Shown here in pieces: positions 5,472 through 7,613 of a stretch of 7,613 nt of DNA. The stretch covers positions 8,954-16,566 of the forward strand of contig CAZSVU010000190.1 of NCBI GenBank assembly GCA_964610275.1, written 5' to 3'. The notes beneath the pieces were generated by a model. The model saw only the letters and a list, made by a program, of their open reading frames with translations. It was not told where the DNA came from and did no database searches. The translations under genes were made by a program, and so were the position numbers. Numbering within the stretch: position 1 is the first letter of the stretch; the number at the start of each line of letters is the position of its first letter. The DNA comes from an uncultured Polyangiaceae bacterium. Lineage in GTDB: Bacteria; Myxococcota_A; Polyangia; Polyangiales; Polyangiaceae.

Positions 5472-7613
5472 CTATGCGGCGCACCCCGAACATCGCGCCG
5501 ACCAGGCCGTCACCCGGTTTCGACCGGCGCGCTTGGATGCATACAGGGCTTCGTCCGCAGCCTTGAACAGTGCGTCCCACTCGACGCAGGCGTCGTGTCG
5601 CGTGGCGATGCCGATGGAACAGGTCACAGTGAGACTGCCCAACTCGGTGTGGAACCGTGTCTCCTCCATCTCCACACGGATCCGCTCGGCGAGTAGGGCT
5701 GCCCCGTGGGCATCGGTCTCCTCGCACACCACCACGAACTCCTCACCGCCGAAACGACCAACGACGTCCGTGGTGCGCTTGACCCGCTGCAACACTTGAC
5801 CGAGTCCTTTGATCACGAGGTCGCCGACGTCGTGGCCGTGGACGTCGTTCACTCGCTTGAAGTGGTCGAGGTCGACAATCATCACGGCGAGCTGGCGATC
5901 GAATCGGTTGGCACTGCGCAGTTTCTGCAGCGCCGCATCTCGCAGCGCACGCTTGTTGAGCAGACCAGTGAGGCCATCGGTGGTGGCGAGCTCTTCCAGG
6001 CACCTCACCATGCGCGCATTCGATAATGACACCGCCACGTGGCTGGCCAGCACTTCGAGTGTCGGCCGTACTGCACTGCCAAACGCTCCTCGACGGTGGG
6101 AACCCAGCACCAACGTGCCCAACGCCCGGTCGCGGTCCGTTAGGGGCAACACCAACAGGGACGGCATCGCCGGGGTCCGCAATCCCGCGGCGAATACGAC
6201 TTGACGCTCCGGGTCGTGGTCTCCCCGGTAGGGCAGTGCGTGTCGGTTGGCGACCACCATGCTCACCAGGCCGGAATTGTGGGGGAACCGTTGCCCCGCG
6301 AGGTGTTCGGCGCCTGGACCGCTGACCGCACAGATCTCGTGCTCACCAGACGACCGGTGCAAGAGGGTGACCGCCGCGAAATCGAAGGACGCGAACTCGC
6401 GAGCGCTGCCCACACACGCTTCCATCACCTCCGCTTCCGATGCAGCGGCCGACAGCGCTCCCACCGCGCGGTAGAGCTTGCTCTGCTCGATCTTGGTACG
6501 CTCGAGCTGAAGGAAGACGCGCTCGTTCTGGACGGCACGTAGCAGGTACCGCGTGGAATCGACGATGAGCTCCTCCTCCTGGCTGGTAAACGGATCCGGC
6601 TCGCAGCGATCGACGACCAGCACCCCGCGGGCATGCCCGTTCTCGAGCACCGGCGTGGCCAACAGCGCTCCCACCCCTGGGCTGACCGAATAGTAGGGAG
6701 CATGGCGGTTCGCGGCAGGCCCGACCAGACTGACGGGTCTTCCCTGCGCGAGCGCCGCCGCAAGGATGCCATCGCGGACGCCAAAGGGGCCGGACGCGAT
6801 CACGTCGTGGTCGGTGAGGATCTCCTGAATGTGCAGGCGCTTTCCGGAAGGATCCAACCAGAGCAGGGCCGCGGTCTGGAGCTTCAGCGACTCGCGCAGC
6901 AAAGCCATGGCGAAACGCAGCGCCTCGTGTATCTCGTCGACACCGGAGCTCAGCAGGCGGTCGTCATCCACCGCCCGATCCCCCACGCTGGCCGGGCCAA
7001 TCGCCGGGCTCGGGGCTCCCACCAGACGATACGACCGGGCCGCTTCCTTCATGCGACGTAGCTCGCCCTCGATGCGTGACCGACTGAGGCGACGCACCCG
7101 AGCAATCTCGGCATGAAAGATGGCCATGTTCAGCAGAGCGAACACGCCGATGAGCGCAGCATGCGGCCACAGCGTCTCGCCTCCGGAAGAGCCCAAGGCC
7201 ACGTATCCGACGGCCGCCTCCAGCAGAACGGCAAACGCGATGGTTCCGGTGGCCGCCACCGGGCGTGCAAACCCTGCGGTCAGCATGATGACGACGTACA
7301 CCGCGGCGTAGTACGGCCCTTCGAGCGCCCCCGGGGCGTGCAGCACACCCGCGTAGGTCAGCGCGATGCAGTGGGAGAAGATCTCAAAGTCGATCCGGGC
7401 GGTGGACTGGTTGGCGAGGCACCGGACGCGGCGGTGGATGCGCATCGCGAGTGACGCGAGCACCACGCCGAGAGCCGCCAGGTTCAGCCAAGCCGGCGGC
7501 GGGTCCAGCGCCCAGTACACCAAGTACGCCCCCGCCCCGAGGCTCACGACTGCTCCCAGAATCCTGCCGACGCCCTGTTGCACCGCCAGGGAAGCTCGAA
7601 CGAGCGGGTCCAT
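5472..7613 (-). CDS. Membrane-bound diguanylate cyclase: about 6 TM N-terminal domain, GAF, GAF, GGDEF
   Basis: The GGDEF domain spans about aa 541-703 (..DGLTGLLNKRAL..VMIVDLDHFKRVNDVHGHDVGD..RFGGEEFVVV..SIGIA..ADEALYASKRAGRNRV). The GGEEF active site is encoded at 5736..5750. The inhibitory RxxD site (RTTD) at 5766..5777 lies five residues upstream of GGEEF. Two GAF-like regions sit at about aa 225-365 and 392-535 (nt about 6519..6941 and 6009..6440). Hydrophobic segments at aa 15-168 (nt about 7110..7571) predict roughly six TM helices. The ORF starts with an ATG at the last base of the window, so the true start could lie beyond the edge. Confidence 0.92.
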   Translation of the reverse strand: MDPLVRASLAVQQGVGRILGAVVSLGAGAYLVYWALDPPPAWLNLAALGVVLASLAMRIHRRVRCLANQSTARIDFEIFSHCIALTYAGVLHAPGALEGPYYAAVYVVIMLTAGFARPVAATGTIAFAVLLEAAVGYVALGSSGGETLWPHAALIGVFALLNMAIFHAEIARVRRLSRSRIEGELRRMKEAARSYRLVGAPSPAIGPASVGDRAVDDDRLLSSGVDEIHEALRFAMALLRESLKLQTAALLWLDPSGKRLHIQEILTDHDVIASGPFGVRDGILAAALAQGRPVSLVGPAANRHAPYYSVSPGVGALLATPVLENGHARGVLVVDRCEPDPFTSQEEELIVDSTRYLLRAVQNERVFLQLERTKIEQSKLYRAVGALSAAASEAEVMEACVGSAREFASFDFAAVTLLHRSSGEHEICAVSGPGAEHLAGQRFPHNSGLVSMVVANRHALPYRGDHDPERQVVFAAGLRTPAMPSLLVLPLTDRDRALGTLVLGSHRRGAFGSAVRPTLEVLASHVAVSLSNARMVRCLEELATTDGLTGLLNKRALRDAALQKLRSANRFDRQLAVMIVDLDHFKRVNDVHGHDVGDLVIKGLGQVLQRVKRTTDVVGRFGGEEFVVVCEETDAHGAALLAERIRVEMEETRFHTELGSLTVTCSIGIATRHDACVEWDALFKAADEALYASKRAGRNRVTAWSARCSGCAA

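Noticed and set aside
5269-5799. Track ORFs 5269..5727 (-), 5356..5799 (+) and 5358..5696 (+) spanning the convergent spacer
   Set aside because: They run through hairpins H2 and H3 and into the DGC gene in the wrong frame or on the wrong strand. They have no RBS and give Arg/Ser-rich products. The GGAGG at 5405..5409 has no start codon within normal spacing.
1-7613. Scan for tRNA, rRNA, CRISPR arrays, IS elements, transposases, integrases, toxin-antitoxin pairs or known phage-defence genes
   Set aside because: None was recognised. There are no regularly spaced direct repeats, no tRNA-like T-arm or acceptor structures, and no DDE, tyrosine- or serine-recombinase or nuclease motifs in any credible frame. 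This was done by eye only; tRNAscan, Infernal, ISfinder and DefenseFinder would be the definitive checks.

Overview
This is a visibly GC-rich window (GC not computed) with a strong G/C bias at third codon positions. That composition, the Gly/Ala-rich Cys-repeat secreted proteins and an extra Hsp70 paralogue suggest Myxococcota, but this is a low-confidence inference. I support five protein-coding genes. (1) 1..332 (+) is the 3' end of a Gly/Ala-rich secreted protein carrying a six-Cys module; the ORF track misses it because the window edge truncates it. (2) 725..1717 (+) is a paralogue with a signal peptide and possible lipobox, about 150 aa of G/A/S/T low complexity, and three copies of the same six-Cys module. 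(3) 1801..4605 (+) encodes a 934-aa Hsp70/actin-fold ATPase with intact nucleotide-binding motifs, a beta-rich middle domain and a roughly 300-aa Trp-rich C-terminal domain that is not the canonical DnaK lid. (4) 4602..5222 (+) encodes a HAD-superfamily hydrolase with all four motifs, overlapping the Hsp70-like gene by ATGA. (5) 5472..7613 (-), convergent, encodes a polytopic-membrane GAF-GAF-GGDEF diguanylate cyclase with intact GGEEF and RxxD sites. The non-coding DNA is structured. Two hairpins follow gene 1. The 249-nt convergent spacer (5223..5471) holds three hairpins that share an identical apex, GAGCTTCGCTC, but have unrelated, compensating stems. The same spacer also holds a 12-bp long-range inverted repeat around two smaller hairpins. 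I saw no rRNA, tRNA, CRISPR array, transposase or integrase. The points most worth follow-up are the long-Hsp70/HAD coupled pair, the uncharacterised Cys-module family in tandem paralogues, and the conserved-apex hairpin family. All functional calls rest on motif recognition by eye; no database search was run.
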